A stretch of DNA of 32,000 nt from Dickeya dadantii NCPPB 898 (GCF_000406145.1 NZ_CM001976.1:357497-389496); one strand, 5' to 3'. Positions 13,090 through 22,686 are shown, counted from the first letter of the stretch. Made by a program: numbers and translations. The notes: generated by a model from the sequence alone, not told the origin.

Positions 13090-14508
13090 ATGTCATTGAG
13101 TCGGCGTCAGTTTATTCAGGCTTCGGGCATTGCGCTGTGCGCGGGTGCAATGCCGCTGACGGCCAGAGCCGACGGCGGGAAAAACCCACTGCCTGTTCCC
13201 CCTCTGCTGGAATCCCGCCGCGGGCAGCCGGTCTTTTTGACCATGCAACGGGCGCACTGGTCCTTCTCCGGCGAGCGGAAAAACCCGGTATGGGGGTTTA
13301 ACGGCCGTTATCTTGGCCCGACGGTGCGGGTGTTCAGCAATGACGACGTCAAGCTGATTTACAGCAACCGCCTGAATGAACCGGTGTCGATGACCGTCAG
13401 CGGCCTGCAGGTTCCGGGTTCGCTGATGGGCGGCGCCGGCCGCATGATTCAGCCTAATATGGACTGGTCGCCGGTGTTGCCGGTACGTCAGGCGGCGGCC
13501 ACTTGCTGGTATCACGCCAATACGCCCAACCGCATGGCGCCGCACGTCTATAACGGTCTGGCCGGCCTGTGGCTGGTGGAAGATAGTCTCAGCAAGTCGC
13601 TGCCGATTCCCAATCATTACGGCGTGGATGATTTCCCGCTGATTATCCAGGACAAGCGGCTGGATAACTTTGGCGCGCCGCTGTACAACCCGCCCAGCAG
13701 CGGCGGTTTTATGGGGGATACGCTGCTGGTGAACGGCGCGCGCAACCCGTATGTGGAAGTCTCCCGCGGCTGGGTTCGCCTGCGCTTGCTCAACGCCTCC
13801 AACGCCCGCCGCTATGTGATGCGCATGAGCGACGGCCGGCCGCTGCACCTGATTGCCAACGATCAGGGTTTTCTGCCCGCGCCGATGGCGTTGAACCAGA
13901 TGTCGCTGGCACCCGGCGAGCGCCGTGAAGTGCTGGTCGATATGTCTCAGGGCAACGAGGCGACGCTGACCGCCGGCGAATCCGCCAGCATCATGCAGCG
14001 GCTGCGCGGATTGTTTGAACCCTCCAATATTCTGGTGTCGTCGGCAATTCTGACCCTGAGGCCCACCGGCCTGCTGCCGCTGGTGACCAACACTCTGCCG
14101 ATGCGCCTGCTGGCCGACAATATCATCGACGGCGCGGTCAGCCGGACGCGCGAATTTCGCCTCGGCGACAGCCTGCCGGGCATCAACGGCGCCATGTGGG
14201 ACATGAATCGTGTTGATGTACAGACGCAGGTCGGGCGCTATGAGCGTTGGATTGTGCACGCCGACCAGCCGCAACCGTTCCACGTTCAGGGCGCGGCGTT
14301 TCTGGTGCGTAGCGTGAACGGCGGCCTGACGCCGCCGGAGGACAGCGGCTGGAAAGACACCGTCTGGGTAGAAAACGATGTGGAACTGCTGGTGTATTTC
14401 GGCCAGTTCTCCACGCCGCAGTTCCCGTTCCTGTATTACAGCCACACGCTGGAAATGGCCGATCGCGGCTCCATCGCTCAACTGGTGGCGCAAGCTTCCA
14501 ACGGATAG
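13090..14508 (+). CDS. ftsP: Cell division protein FtsP (SufI), Tat-exported multicopper-oxidase-like
   Basis: Twin-arginine signal MSLSRRQFIQASGIALCAGA. PLPVPPLLESRRGQP...WYHANTPNR...NHYGVDDFPLIIQDKRLD is collinear with E. coli SufI/FtsP. Confidence 0.93.
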   Translation: MSLSRRQFIQASGIALCAGAMPLTARADGGKNPLPVPPLLESRRGQPVFLTMQRAHWSFSGERKNPVWGFNGRYLGPTVRVFSNDDVKLIYSNRLNEPVSMTVSGLQVPGSLMGGAGRMIQPNMDWSPVLPVRQAAATCWYHANTPNRMAPHVYNGLAGLWLVEDSLSKSLPIPNHYGVDDFPLIIQDKRLDNFGAPLYNPPSSGGFMGDTLLVNGARNPYVEVSRGWVRLRLLNASNARRYVMRMSDGRPLHLIANDQGFLPAPMALNQMSLAPGERREVLVDMSQGNEATLTAGESASIMQRLRGLFEPSNILVSSAILTLRPTGLLPLVTNTLPMRLLADNIIDGAVSRTREFRLGDSLPGINGAMWDMNRVDVQTQVGRYERWIVHADQPQPFHVQGAAFLVRSVNGGLTPPEDSGWKDTVWVENDVELLVYFGQFSTPQFPFLYYSHTLEMADRGSIAQLVAQASNG

Positions 14509-14567
14509 CGCAGCCCTGACGGACGTCGCCCGCGCGTCAGACGTGGGCGACAGGAACGGGCGCGGCG

Positions 14568-15413
14568 CTAGTCTTTGCGCGGCGCATCGGTGCGCGGCTG
14601 ATCCGGGTCCGGCCCCAGTCGCTTGCCGCAGTCAAGCGTTGCCACTTCGCTTAGTTCTTCTTTCTCCAGCCGGAAGTCAAACACCTCGAAATTTTCCCGA
14701 ATACGCGCCGGGGTAACGGATTTGGGGATCACCACCAGACCGCAGTCAAGATGCCAGCGGATCACGATCTGCGCCGGCGTTTTACCGTATTTTTTCGCCA
14801 GCGCGTGGATCACCGGGTGGTCGAATACGCCTTCTCCGCCCTGCGCCAGCGGGCTCCAGGACTCGGTCTGAATGTGGTGGGTGGTGTTCCAGGTGTGCAG
14901 CATGCGTTGCTGGAATAACGGGTGCAGCTCGATCTGATTGATGACCGGCATCACGCCGGTTTCTTCTTTCAGGCGTTGCAGGTGGTGCGGATTGAAATTA
15001 CAGACGCCGACGCTTTTCGCCAGCCCCTGTTCTCTGAGATTGAGCAGTCCGCGCCAGGCTTCGACGTAGGTGTTCTGCTCCGGCAGCGGCCAATGGATCA
15101 GATACAGGTCGACGTACTCCAACTGCAGTTTGCGCAGGCTTTCCTCCAGCGCCTGACGCGGATGCGCCTGATCGCTGTTCCACAGTTTGGTGGTGATAAA
15201 AATATCGCTGCGCGGGATATCGGTTTGCTGTAACGCTTTGCCGACACCCGTTTCGTTCTTATAAATAGCGGCGGTATCAATGGCGCGATAGCCGATGTTC
15301 AGAGCTTCGGTAACGGCTGCAGCGGCCTGTTCGTTGCTGGCCTGCCAGACGCCAAGCCCTAGCTGGGGCATGATATTGCCGTCAGCCAGTTTAACCAGAG
15401 GTTGCATCGTCAT
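14568..15413 (-). CDS. dkgA: Aldo-keto reductase, 2,5-diketo-D-gluconate reductase A type
   Basis: LADGNIMPQLGLGVWQASNEQ...IDTAAIYKNE...GVCNFNPHHLQRL...VVIPKSVTPARIRENF matches E. coli DkgA. ATG 15413 has AAGGAG upstream. The track ORF start at 15533 is an extension. It lies downstream of yqhD, as in E. coli. Confidence 0.9.
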   Translation of the reverse strand: MTMQPLVKLADGNIMPQLGLGVWQASNEQAAAAVTEALNIGYRAIDTAAIYKNETGVGKALQQTDIPRSDIFITTKLWNSDQAHPRQALEESLRKLQLEYVDLYLIHWPLPEQNTYVEAWRGLLNLREQGLAKSVGVCNFNPHHLQRLKEETGVMPVINQIELHPLFQQRMLHTWNTTHHIQTESWSPLAQGGEGVFDHPVIHALAKKYGKTPAQIVIRWHLDCGLVVIPKSVTPARIRENFEVFDFRLEKEELSEVATLDCGKRLGPDPDQPRTDAPRKD

Positions 15414-15599
15414 GTCATTCTCCTTGTTATGTGCCTTCAGCGCCCGGGAGAGATAGCGGGGGGGCATGGCGGCACTGTGGCGATGAGACAAAGACGCCGC
15501 CTGGGACGGCGGCGTCTGAATGCCGGTTTTCACATCAGGCAGTGCCTGAGCGCCAGCGGCGGCATGTTTTTAAGTGTAGTCGAAAGTCACCAGCCGCGG

Positions 15600-16763
15600 T
15601 TAGCGGGCGGCTTCGTACACGCGGCGACTGATGTCCAGCGTGATGTCGTGGTGCTCGCCCAGCGCGGTCATGCCGTGCTCTTCCAGCTTCGCCACCATTG
15701 CCGGAATGGAGCTGCCGTCCAGTTGGTAGTCGGACAAGCGAGTCGGTACGCCCATCTGTTCGAAGAAAGCGCGGGTGGCGGCGATGGCCGCATCAATGCG
15801 CTGGTCTTCGGAGCCATCACGCAGATTCCAGACGCGTTCCGCGTATTGCAGCAGTTTTTCACGTTTCTGGACGCGGCGCTCATTGAGCATTGCCGGCAGC
15901 ACGATAGCCAGCGTCTGGGCGTGGTCCAGTCCATGCATGGCGGTGATTTCATGGCCCAGCATGTGGGTCGACCAGTCTTGCGGCACGCCGGCGCCGATCA
16001 GGCCGTTGAGCGCCATGGTAGCGCTCCACATCACGTTGGCGCGCACGTCGTAGTTGTGTTGCTCTTTCAGCGCGAGCGGACCTTCTTCGATCAGCGTCAG
16101 CAGCAGGCCTTCGGCGAAACGGTCCTGTACTTTGGCGTTAGCCGGGTAGGTCAGGTACTGTTCGACGGTATGGACGAAGGCATCCACCACGCCGTTGGCG
16201 ATCTGACGTTCAGGCAAGGTGTACGTGACTACCGGGTCGAGCACGGCAAAGCGCGGGCACACCAGCGGATTCATGAACGCCTGCTTGTCGCCGCTGCTCT
16301 TACGGGTGATGACCGCGCCGCTGTTGGACTCGGAGCCTGTCGCCGGCAGGGTCAGTACCACGCCCAGCGGAGTGGCGGTTTCGATCTGCGCGCCCCAGGT
16401 TTGCAGGATGTGCCACGGATCGTCGGCGGCGGTGTAATGTGCCGCAGCGGCGATGAACTTGGTGCCGTCCGCGACCGAACCGCCGCCCACGGCCAGCAGG
16501 AAGTCGATTTTTTCCTTGCGGACAATCTCAACCGCCTTCATGAGCGTTTCGTAGGTCGGGTTTGGTTCAATACCGGAGAACTCCAGTACGTTACGGCCTT
16601 TCAGCGCGTTGATCACCTGGTCGAACACGCCGTTTTTCTTGATGCTGCCGCCGCCGTAGGTGATCAGGATGCGGGCGTCCGCCGGGATCTGATCGGCCAG
16701 ACTGGCGATTTGCCCTTCGCCGAACAGGATTTTGGTCGGGGTATGGAGAGTAAAATTCTGCAT
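15600..16763 (-). CDS. yqhD: NADPH-dependent aldehyde reductase / iron-type alcohol dehydrogenase YqhD
   Basis: MQNFTLHTPTKILFGEGQI...LAVGGGSVADGTKFIAAAA...LTLPATGSESN...HMLGHEITAMHGLDHAQTLAIVLPA is collinear with E. coli YqhD. Confidence 0.93.
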   Translation of the reverse strand: MQNFTLHTPTKILFGEGQIASLADQIPADARILITYGGGSIKKNGVFDQVINALKGRNVLEFSGIEPNPTYETLMKAVEIVRKEKIDFLLAVGGGSVADGTKFIAAAAHYTAADDPWHILQTWGAQIETATPLGVVLTLPATGSESNSGAVITRKSSGDKQAFMNPLVCPRFAVLDPVVTYTLPERQIANGVVDAFVHTVEQYLTYPANAKVQDRFAEGLLLTLIEEGPLALKEQHNYDVRANVMWSATMALNGLIGAGVPQDWSTHMLGHEITAMHGLDHAQTLAIVLPAMLNERRVQKREKLLQYAERVWNLRDGSEDQRIDAAIAATRAFFEQMGVPTRLSDYQLDGSSIPAMVAKLEEHGMTALGEHHDITLDISRRVYEAAR

Positions 16764-16765
16764 GG

Positions 16766-17127
16766 TTATAAATCCCTTCTAAGGTGACTGGTCCAGTTTG
16801 ACGCCTTGCTGTAACAGCGCAGGCAGGACATGGGGTAGTAGACGTATTGATAGGCACCGGCGGTATTGCCGCCCCAGGCTTCGCCATCGCTACGTCCTGT
16901 GTGCTTCCAGTGGTTAATCAGGGTCTTTATCTGCTATCACCACGATTGACCGCAACCAGACGTGTCGTCCTGATAATCGCGGATAACGCCGCTTTCGGCA
17001 TTCGCTGACGGCATCACCGCGCTCACGATTGAGCCGTTACCTGAGCGAACCGTATATCAATGGTAGCCATCGCGGTGTGGCCGTGGGTTTTATTCTCGGT
17101 GTCCATCCGCATTCCGGCAATGCTCAT
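16766..17127 (-). pseudogene. Possible decayed gene fragment in the long yqhD-yqhC spacer; identity unknown, only a faint papain-like amidase resemblance
   Basis: One minus-strand frame reads ...SGNGSIVSAVMPSANAESGVIRDYQDDTSGCGQSW-TGA-TAG-QIKTLINHWKHTGRSDGEAWGGNTAGAYQYVYYPMSCLRCYSKASNWTSH, with G/C-rich third codon positions. An adjacent frame reads MSIAGMRMDTENKTHGHTAMATIDIR. The frame is interrupted by tandem stops and a frame change. No confident family call. Confidence 0.25.
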
Positions 17128-17229
17128 TTCTCGCTATGTATTGCCTTTTTCTGCAAAGCTTAGGAGAAAAGGGTGATTCTATTGCCCATATATGTCACTT
17201 TATTTCCGTTGTTAGTAAGAGATGAACAT

Positions 17230-18141
17230 ATGCAAAATCTTAGTTCACGCCAGCGTTTGGTCAATCTGGCGATGCTGTACGCCGCCGGCAATGGCGTCAG
17301 TCAAACTCCGATTCCGCAGGTCAAGGTGATTTACATCGATCGCCACGGCGCGCGGGCGCCGGTGCTGTACGACCCGTGCATTGTGATCATGTTTCAGGGG
17401 CACAAGGTGGGGTATCTGGGAGACAAGGTCTTCCAGTATGACCCGGACAACTACCTGCTGATGACGGTGCCGCTGCCGTTCGAGTGTGAAAGTTTCGCCA
17501 GCCCGGAAAACCCGCTGGTTGGTATCTCCATCCGGGTGGATATCCCAATTCTGCAAGATCTGCTAATCGAGATGGGGGATGACAACTGCGGCGAGAAGCG
17601 GCGGTCCGATACCGCCGGTATCAACAGCGTGCCGCTTAACGAGGCGATCCTGTGTGCGACGGAGCGATTGCTGGAGGCGATGGCGAACGCGCGCGACGCC
17701 AGGGTGCTGGGGCCGTGGATGGTGCGGGAAATCCTCTACCATGTGCTGTGCGGCCCCTGCGGCGATTCCTTACAGGCGCTGATGAACCGCTACAGCCATT
17801 TCAGCCAGATCGCTCGCGCGCTGCGCTATATCGAAAACTATTATGCAGACAACCTGAACGTGGAACGGTTGGCAGCGGAAGTGAACATGAGCGTGTCGGC
17901 GTTTCACCATAACTTCAAGGCGGTCACCAACACTTCGCCCGTGCAGTACCTGAAGTCCTATCGGCTGCACAAGGCGCGTTTACTGATGGTGCATGACGGG
18001 CTGAAAGCCAATGTGGCGTCCATACAGGTGGGGTACGAAAGTCCGTCGCAGTTCAGTCGGGAGTTCAAACGCTTCTTTGGCGTTACGCCAGGCGATGAAG
18101 TCGCCAGGCTGCGGGGATCAGGAGTAGTAGAGAGCAGTTAG
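17230..18141 (+). CDS. yqhC: AraC-family transcriptional activator of yqhD-dkgA
   Basis: C-terminal AraC HTH (LAAEVNMSVSAFHHNFKAVTNTSPVQYLKSYRLHKARLLM...GYESPSQFSREFKRFFGVTP). Divergent from yqhD, as in E. coli. Start chosen at ATG 17230 (MQNLSSRQ); the track start at 17173 is GTG. Confidence 0.8.
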   Translation: MQNLSSRQRLVNLAMLYAAGNGVSQTPIPQVKVIYIDRHGARAPVLYDPCIVIMFQGHKVGYLGDKVFQYDPDNYLLMTVPLPFECESFASPENPLVGISIRVDIPILQDLLIEMGDDNCGEKRRSDTAGINSVPLNEAILCATERLLEAMANARDARVLGPWMVREILYHVLCGPCGDSLQALMNRYSHFSQIARALRYIENYYADNLNVERLAAEVNMSVSAFHHNFKAVTNTSPVQYLKSYRLHKARLLMVHDGLKANVASIQVGYESPSQFSREFKRFFGVTPGDEVARLRGSGVVESS

Positions 18142-18160
18142 GAGTAGTAGAGAGCAGTTG
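18121..18160 (+). repeat. 20-bp tandem duplication spanning the yqhC stop codon
   Basis: ggagtagtagagagcagtta (18121-18140) is followed immediately by ggagtagtagagagcagttg (18141-18160), a 19/20 match. Confidence 0.9.
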
Positions 18161-18200
18161 AACCGCGTTTCGCCACGCTCGCGAACCGCATATCAGTTAT

Positions 18201-18236
18201 CCGGCGGGCAGCGCATTTGCTCCGCCGGTCTTTCTC
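18201..18236 (+). terminator. Putative terminator between convergent yqhC and yghB
   Basis: 7-bp stem CCGGCGG/CCGCCGG (18201-18207 / 18222-18228) followed by TCTTTCTC on the plus strand. Confidence 0.45.
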
Positions 18237-18894
18237 AGGCCATCGCCCGTCTTTTACGCCACAGCACCAGCAACATTCCCACCAGTCCGCTGAACAACAG
18301 CACCAGCGGCAGAATGCACAGCGCGGTCATCACCTGATCTTCATAGCGTTTGACCAGCGGAATATGGCTGAGGGCGTAACCCAGCGTAACGATGCCGGTA
18401 ACCCACAGAAAACCGCTCAGCCAGTTGAAAATCTGAAAGCGGGTACTGCTAAGTCCGGACACCCCGGCGATGGTCGGCAACAAGGTGCGCACGAACGCCA
18501 GAAAACGACCAACCAGCAGTGCGGCCAGCCCATGCTGGTGGAACAGGTTGTGGGTGCGTTGATGATAGTGAGCCGGTAGCTGATGCAGCCATTTCTTCAC
18601 CAGCCGGGTATCTCCCAGCCAGCGCCCCTGAAGGTAACTCAGCCAGCAACCAAGACTGGCGGCTACGGTCAACAGCACCATAGTGGGAATGAAGCTCATC
18701 ACGCCTTTGGCGATCATGGCGCCGGTTAGCAACAACAGGCTATCGCCCGGCAGAAACGAGGCGGGCAGCAAACCGTTTTCCAGAAACAGGGTGGTGAAAA
18801 GCACGCCATAAATGACCCACACCACGCGCGGATCGGCCAGTGCGCTGAAGTCTTGTCGCCACAGCGCCTGAATAATTTCATGAACAACACTCAT
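18235..18894 (-). CDS. yghB: DedA-family inner membrane protein YghB
   Basis: [22 protein letters not shown]...[24 protein letters not shown]...[16 protein letters not shown] matches E. coli YghB. Adjacent to metC, as in E. coli. Confidence 0.88.
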   Translation of the reverse strand: MSVVHEIIQALWRQDFSALADPRVVWVIYGVLFTTLFLENGLLPASFLPGDSLLLLTGAMIAKGVMSFIPTMVLLTVAASLGCWLSYLQGRWLGDTRLVKKWLHQLPAHYHQRTHNLFHQHGLAALLVGRFLAFVRTLLPTIAGVSGLSSTRFQIFNWLSGFLWVTGIVTLGYALSHIPLVKRYEDQVMTALCILPLVLLFSGLVGMLLVLWRKRRAMA

Positions 18895-19078
18895 ATCGCA
18901 TCCTGTCTGGTTTGCTATAACCCTTGAAGCCCGCGTAAATACGCCGCGCTGAGCCGGAAAAGACGAGCATCAGGATAGGGTAAAAAAGGTAAACGTATTG
19001 TCATCGTTGTTACTGTTCATCATATACGCTTTGCCTGACTTACCACAGCGGCATCAGGGGGCTGGAGGGATAGTGGCG

Positions 19079-20272
19079 TCACATTTCCCGCAATCTCCTG
19101 AAGCCGGTTTCCAAATCGGCGATCAAATCGTCGCAATCTTCCAGGCCGATGTGCAGCCGTACCAGCGTACCGGTAAAGTCGACGCCGCCTGCCGGACGAA
19201 TCGCCGCCAGTTCTTCCGGCTGGTTGGCCAGAATCAGCGATTCGAAACCGCCCCAGGAATAGGCCATGCGGAAATGGCTGAAATGGTCGAGATAATGGGC
19301 CAGTTGCTCGCGGCTCAGTTTGTCTTTCAGCACGAACGAAAACAGGCCGTTACTGCCGCTGAAATCCCGTACAAAGTATTCGTGCCCTTTGCAGCCGGGC
19401 AGCGCCGGGTGGTTGACTATCGCCACTTCCGGGCGCTCCGCCAGCCAACGCGCCACGCGCAGGCCGTTTTCCTGATGCTGCTGCAACCTCACCCCCAGCG
19501 TCCGCAGCCCGCGGCTGGCCATGTAGGCGCTGTCGGCGTCGGCCATTTGCCCCATCAGGTAGGATTGCTCGCGCAACTGATCCCAGCAGCGCGCGTTGGC
19601 GACGGCGGTGCCGATCATGGCATCGGAGTGGCCGACGATGTATTTGGTGCCGGCCTGAATCGAGATATCCACCCCCAGATCCAGCGGACGAAACAGTACG
19701 CCGGCCGCCCAGGTGTTGTCGATCATGATGACGATATCCGGGTTAACGCGGCGAACGGCGGCGACAATCGCCGGAACGTCCTGCACTTCCATGGTGATGG
19801 AACCGGGTGATTCCAAAAATACAACTCGGGTATTGGGCTGGATCAGGCTGGCGATGTCGCCGCCAATCATCGGATCGAAAAAGGTGGTGCTGATGTTCAT
19901 TTTGCTCAGCACTTTGTTACAAAAATCCTGCGTCGGTTCGTAGGCGGAACCGGTAACCAGCAGGTGATCGCCCGCCGAGACAAACGAGACGATGGCGTTG
20001 GCGATCGCCGCCGCGCCGCAGGGGTAAAGCGCGCAGCCCGCGCCGCCTTCCAGTTCGGTCATGGCGTCCTGAAAAGCGAAGTGGGTCAGGGTGCCGCGAC
20101 GACCGTAAAACAACGCGCCTTTGGCGCGATTAATGGTGGCGTGTTTTTTATCCTGCACGCTGTCGAATACCAGCGAAGAGGCACGCTGAATCACCGGGTT
20201 TACCGCCCCCTGGGTCACTCTTTTGCTGCGCCCGGCGGCCACCAGCGCGGTGGCGATTTTTTTACTCGTCAT
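19079..20272 (-). CDS. metC: Cystathionine beta-lyase (PLP-dependent)
   Basis: [18 protein letters not shown]...[17 protein letters not shown]...PLP-lysine region [14 protein letters not shown]...[18 protein letters not shown]. Collinear with E. coli MetC. Confidence 0.95.
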   Translation of the reverse strand: MTSKKIATALVAAGRSKRVTQGAVNPVIQRASSLVFDSVQDKKHATINRAKGALFYGRRGTLTHFAFQDAMTELEGGAGCALYPCGAAAIANAIVSFVSAGDHLLVTGSAYEPTQDFCNKVLSKMNISTTFFDPMIGGDIASLIQPNTRVVFLESPGSITMEVQDVPAIVAAVRRVNPDIVIMIDNTWAAGVLFRPLDLGVDISIQAGTKYIVGHSDAMIGTAVANARCWDQLREQSYLMGQMADADSAYMASRGLRTLGVRLQQHQENGLRVARWLAERPEVAIVNHPALPGCKGHEYFVRDFSGSNGLFSFVLKDKLSREQLAHYLDHFSHFRMAYSWGGFESLILANQPEELAAIRPAGGVDFTGTLVRLHIGLEDCDDLIADLETGFRRLREM

Positions 20273-20445
20273 ACGGCATCACCTGTAGCTCAAACATTCC
20301 TTGCGTCCATCGCTTTACGTTACCACGGCTGGGATGACAGGGGGGCGGCTTTTCTTATTTAAGATGAACATGCCGCTGATGCGATGTAACGAATGTGCTG
20401 AGAAACGGTGCGTTAGAGGCAAAGCGTGCAGCAAAATGCGTAAAT

Positions 20446-20464
20446 AATAATGAGAACGACTATC
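20446..20464. promoter_or_regulatory. Fur-box-like site upstream of exbB
   Basis: AATAATGAGAACGACTATC matches about 14 of 19 positions of the Fur consensus GATAATGATAATCATTATC. It lies 70-90 nt upstream of the exbB start. exbBD is Fur-regulated in E. coli. Confidence 0.45.
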
Positions 20465-20534
20465 AATTAATTCTGGGTTTGGTATCATTTTCGCCAGATT
20501 AAAGTGGCATGAAAATGATGGGTGGAGGCACAGC

Positions 20535-21473
20535 GTGTATACGGCTGACAAGAATATTAACCAACGGGGATCATCAGTCTGGCGTAAGCCCGGCCGCGTG
20601 TTCGGGGGCTTTACTCAACGTCTGATGGCGTTCGCGTTGCTGGGGATGGCAGGCAGCGCATTGGCCGCGCCGGCGTCAACGCCGATCGCGACCGGCACGG
20701 CAGCAGCGACTACCGCCGCTCCGTCCGCGCCGCCGGGAGCTGTCGGCAGCCTGATGAGCACGGATCTGTCCGTCTGGGGAATGTATCAGCACGCTGACGT
20801 GGTGGTAAAAACGGTGATGATCGGCCTGTTGCTGGCATCCGTGGTTACCTGGGCGATTTTCTTCGGCAAGAGTACCAGCCTGATGGGCGCCAAAAAGCGC
20901 ATTCGTCGCGAGTATCAGGCGCTGGAAGACGCCCGCACGCTGGATGATGCGTTGGATATCTCCGGCGTGTTCAAACCGGGCAGCGTGTCGCTGCAACTGC
21001 TGGCGGATGCCCGCAATGAGCAGGAGCTGTCCGAACGTTCCGACGACAATAACGGCATCAAAGAGCGCACCGCGTTTCGTTTTGAACGCCGGGTAGCGGC
21101 TACCGGGCGTCAGATGGGGCGCGGAACCGGTTATCTGGCGACGGTGGGGGCTATCGCGCCGTTCATCGGTCTGTTCGGCACCGTGTGGGGCATCATGAAC
21201 AGCTTTATCGGCATCGCCCAGTCGCAGACCACCAATCTGGCGGTGGTAGCGCCGGGTATCGCCGAAGCGCTGCTGGCGACGGCTATCGGTCTGGTCGCGG
21301 CGATTCCGGCGGTGGTGATTTATAACGTGTTCGCACGCTGGACAGCCGGTTACAAGGCGATGGTGGGCGATGTGGCCGCGCAGATTCTGCTGTTGCAGAG
21401 CCGCGATCTGGATATTGCAGCCAGTGCCGGCAACGCGTCTTCTTCACCGGCGCAGAAACTGCGGGTAGGGTAA
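20535..21473 (+). CDS. exbB: TonB-system energizer ExbB, long form with N-terminal signal-peptide-like extension
   Basis: From LMSTDLSVWGMYQHADVVVK onward it is collinear with E. coli ExbB (GLFGTVWGIMNSFIGIA, VAPGIAEALLATAIGL). The GTG at 20535 has a GGAGG Shine-Dalgarno 6 nt upstream and adds about 68 residues, including LMAFALLGMAGSALAAP. An alternative ATG lies at 20625. Confidence 0.9.
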   Translation: MYTADKNINQRGSSVWRKPGRVFGGFTQRLMAFALLGMAGSALAAPASTPIATGTAAATTAAPSAPPGAVGSLMSTDLSVWGMYQHADVVVKTVMIGLLLASVVTWAIFFGKSTSLMGAKKRIRREYQALEDARTLDDALDISGVFKPGSVSLQLLADARNEQELSERSDDNNGIKERTAFRFERRVAATGRQMGRGTGYLATVGAIAPFIGLFGTVWGIMNSFIGIAQSQTTNLAVVAPGIAEALLATAIGLVAAIPAVVIYNVFARWTAGYKAMVGDVAAQILLLQSRDLDIAASAGNASSSPAQKLRVG

Positions 21474-21477
21474 GTCG

Positions 21478-21897
21478 ATGGCGATGCATCTGAACGACGG
21501 GCAGGGTGAAAACGGTGAAATGCATGACATCAACGTGACGCCGTTCATCGACGTCATGCTGGTGCTGTTAATCATCTTCATGGTGGCTGCGCCGCTGGCG
21601 ACGGTGGATGTGCGGGTTAATCTGCCCGCCTCCAGCGCCACGCCGCAGCCGCGCCCGGAAAAACCGGTGTTCCTGACGGTGAAGGCCGATAAACAGCTCT
21701 ATCTGGGCGACGATGCGATCACCGAAGCGACGCTGGCTCAGGCGCTGGAAGCCAAAACCCTGGGCAATAAAGACACCACCATTTTCTTCCAGGCAGACAA
21801 GAGTGTGGATTACGAAACCCTGATGCGGGTGATGGATTCGCTGCGCGAAACGGGCTACCTCAAAATCGGCCTGATGGGCGCGGAGAAAGCGCGCTGA
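21478..21897 (+). CDS. exbD: TonB-system protein ExbD
   Basis: INVTPFIDVMLVLLIIFMVAAP...DKSVDYETLMRVMDSLRETGY matches E. coli ExbD. It starts 4 nt after the exbB stop. Confidence 0.93.
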   Translation: MAMHLNDGQGENGEMHDINVTPFIDVMLVLLIIFMVAAPLATVDVRVNLPASSATPQPRPEKPVFLTVKADKQLYLGDDAITEATLAQALEAKTLGNKDTTIFFQADKSVDYETLMRVMDSLRETGYLKIGLMGAEKAR

Positions 21898-21920
21898 GGC
21901 GCGGTTTCCTGCCTGAACTG

Positions 21921-21947
21921 AACCACCGCTTCGGCGGTGGTTTTTTT
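21921..21947 (+). terminator. Rho-independent terminator after exbD
   Basis: AACCACCGC-TTCG-GCGGTGGTT hairpin followed by a T7 run (21941-21947). Confidence 0.75.
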
Positions 21948-22027
21948 ATGTGCGCTTGGTCTTTTGCACGTTGCCGCGCCTAAACCGAGAGCGCTAACGG
22001 CGCCTGCCGAATCCTTGCGGCCTCGGA

Positions 22028-22678
22028 CTATTGTTCAATCACTATGATTCCGAGACGCTCCATCAACGTATTTATCTGATGACTATCTAACTTTACGCCT
22101 TCGAGATTTGTCGAACGCACATCAAGCTCCCCCAATTCGGCGTTGATTAAATCGCATTGCGTAAAGTCGGCGGAGCGCCAGTCAAAAGCATTAAACTCTC
22201 CCCCGGACAAATCGGAGCCGACAAAGCTGGCGCCGTTGACATTCGCGCCTGTCCAGCGGTTTTCCCATAGCTCACACTTTTCCAGTATGACGCCCGACAG
22301 GTTGGCGTAACTTAAATTTGATTTCGTGATGTAGGCGCTGCAAAACCATGTGCGGGCGGTAATCCTGTTCATGAAGCTTGCGTCCCGGAAGTCGGCGCCC
22401 TGTGCCCGGCAGTCGCGTATTTCAATGCCCAGTGCTTTCACCGAGCGGAAATTACACAGCGACAAATCGCAGTTTTTAAAGCTGGCGTCTTTCAACGTCG
22501 CTCTATAAAAATTACAGCCCATTTGGCTTTCTTGATCGAAAAACTGGCAGTTCAAAAACTGGGTATCAGTTAAATCGCAGCCTGCAAAGTCGCAATTATG
22601 GAATTTACAGTTTTCGATGAGCTGTTGGGTGAAGCGATCCGCACTGAACTTTTGCTCTGTAAAGGTCTGGGCAATCAT
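22028..22678 (-). CDS. qnr: Qnr-family pentapeptide-repeat protein (QnrB/QnrD-like topoisomerase protection protein)
   Basis: Long identical runs with QnrB/QnrD as I recall them: GCNF.RA.LKDASFK.CDLS, ALGIEIR.CRAQGADFR.ASFMN.IT.RTWFCSAYIT..NLSYAN, LEKCELWENRW, GSDLSGGEF..FDWR, GVKLD and LMERLGI.VI. The loop-B-like segment FMNRITARTWF is present. ATG at 22678 (216 aa) is preceded by AGGTG. The track start at 22684 is a GTG two codons upstream. Confidence 0.88.
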   Translation of the reverse strand: MIAQTFTEQKFSADRFTQQLIENCKFHNCDFAGCDLTDTQFLNCQFFDQESQMGCNFYRATLKDASFKNCDLSLCNFRSVKALGIEIRDCRAQGADFRDASFMNRITARTWFCSAYITKSNLSYANLSGVILEKCELWENRWTGANVNGASFVGSDLSGGEFNAFDWRSADFTQCDLINAELGELDVRSTNLEGVKLDSHQINTLMERLGIIVIEQ

Positions 22679-22686
22679 TATCACAC

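Noticed and set aside
14525-14551. Hairpin GTCGCCC-N13-GGGCGAC between convergent ftsP and dkgA.
   Set aside because: It has a 7-bp stem, a large loop and no T-run on either side. It may help termination but the evidence is too weak.
20273-20400. MetJ boxes (AGACGTCT repeats) upstream of metC.
   Set aside because: The best candidates, such as AGATGAAC and ATGCCGCT, match only about 4 of 8 positions each.
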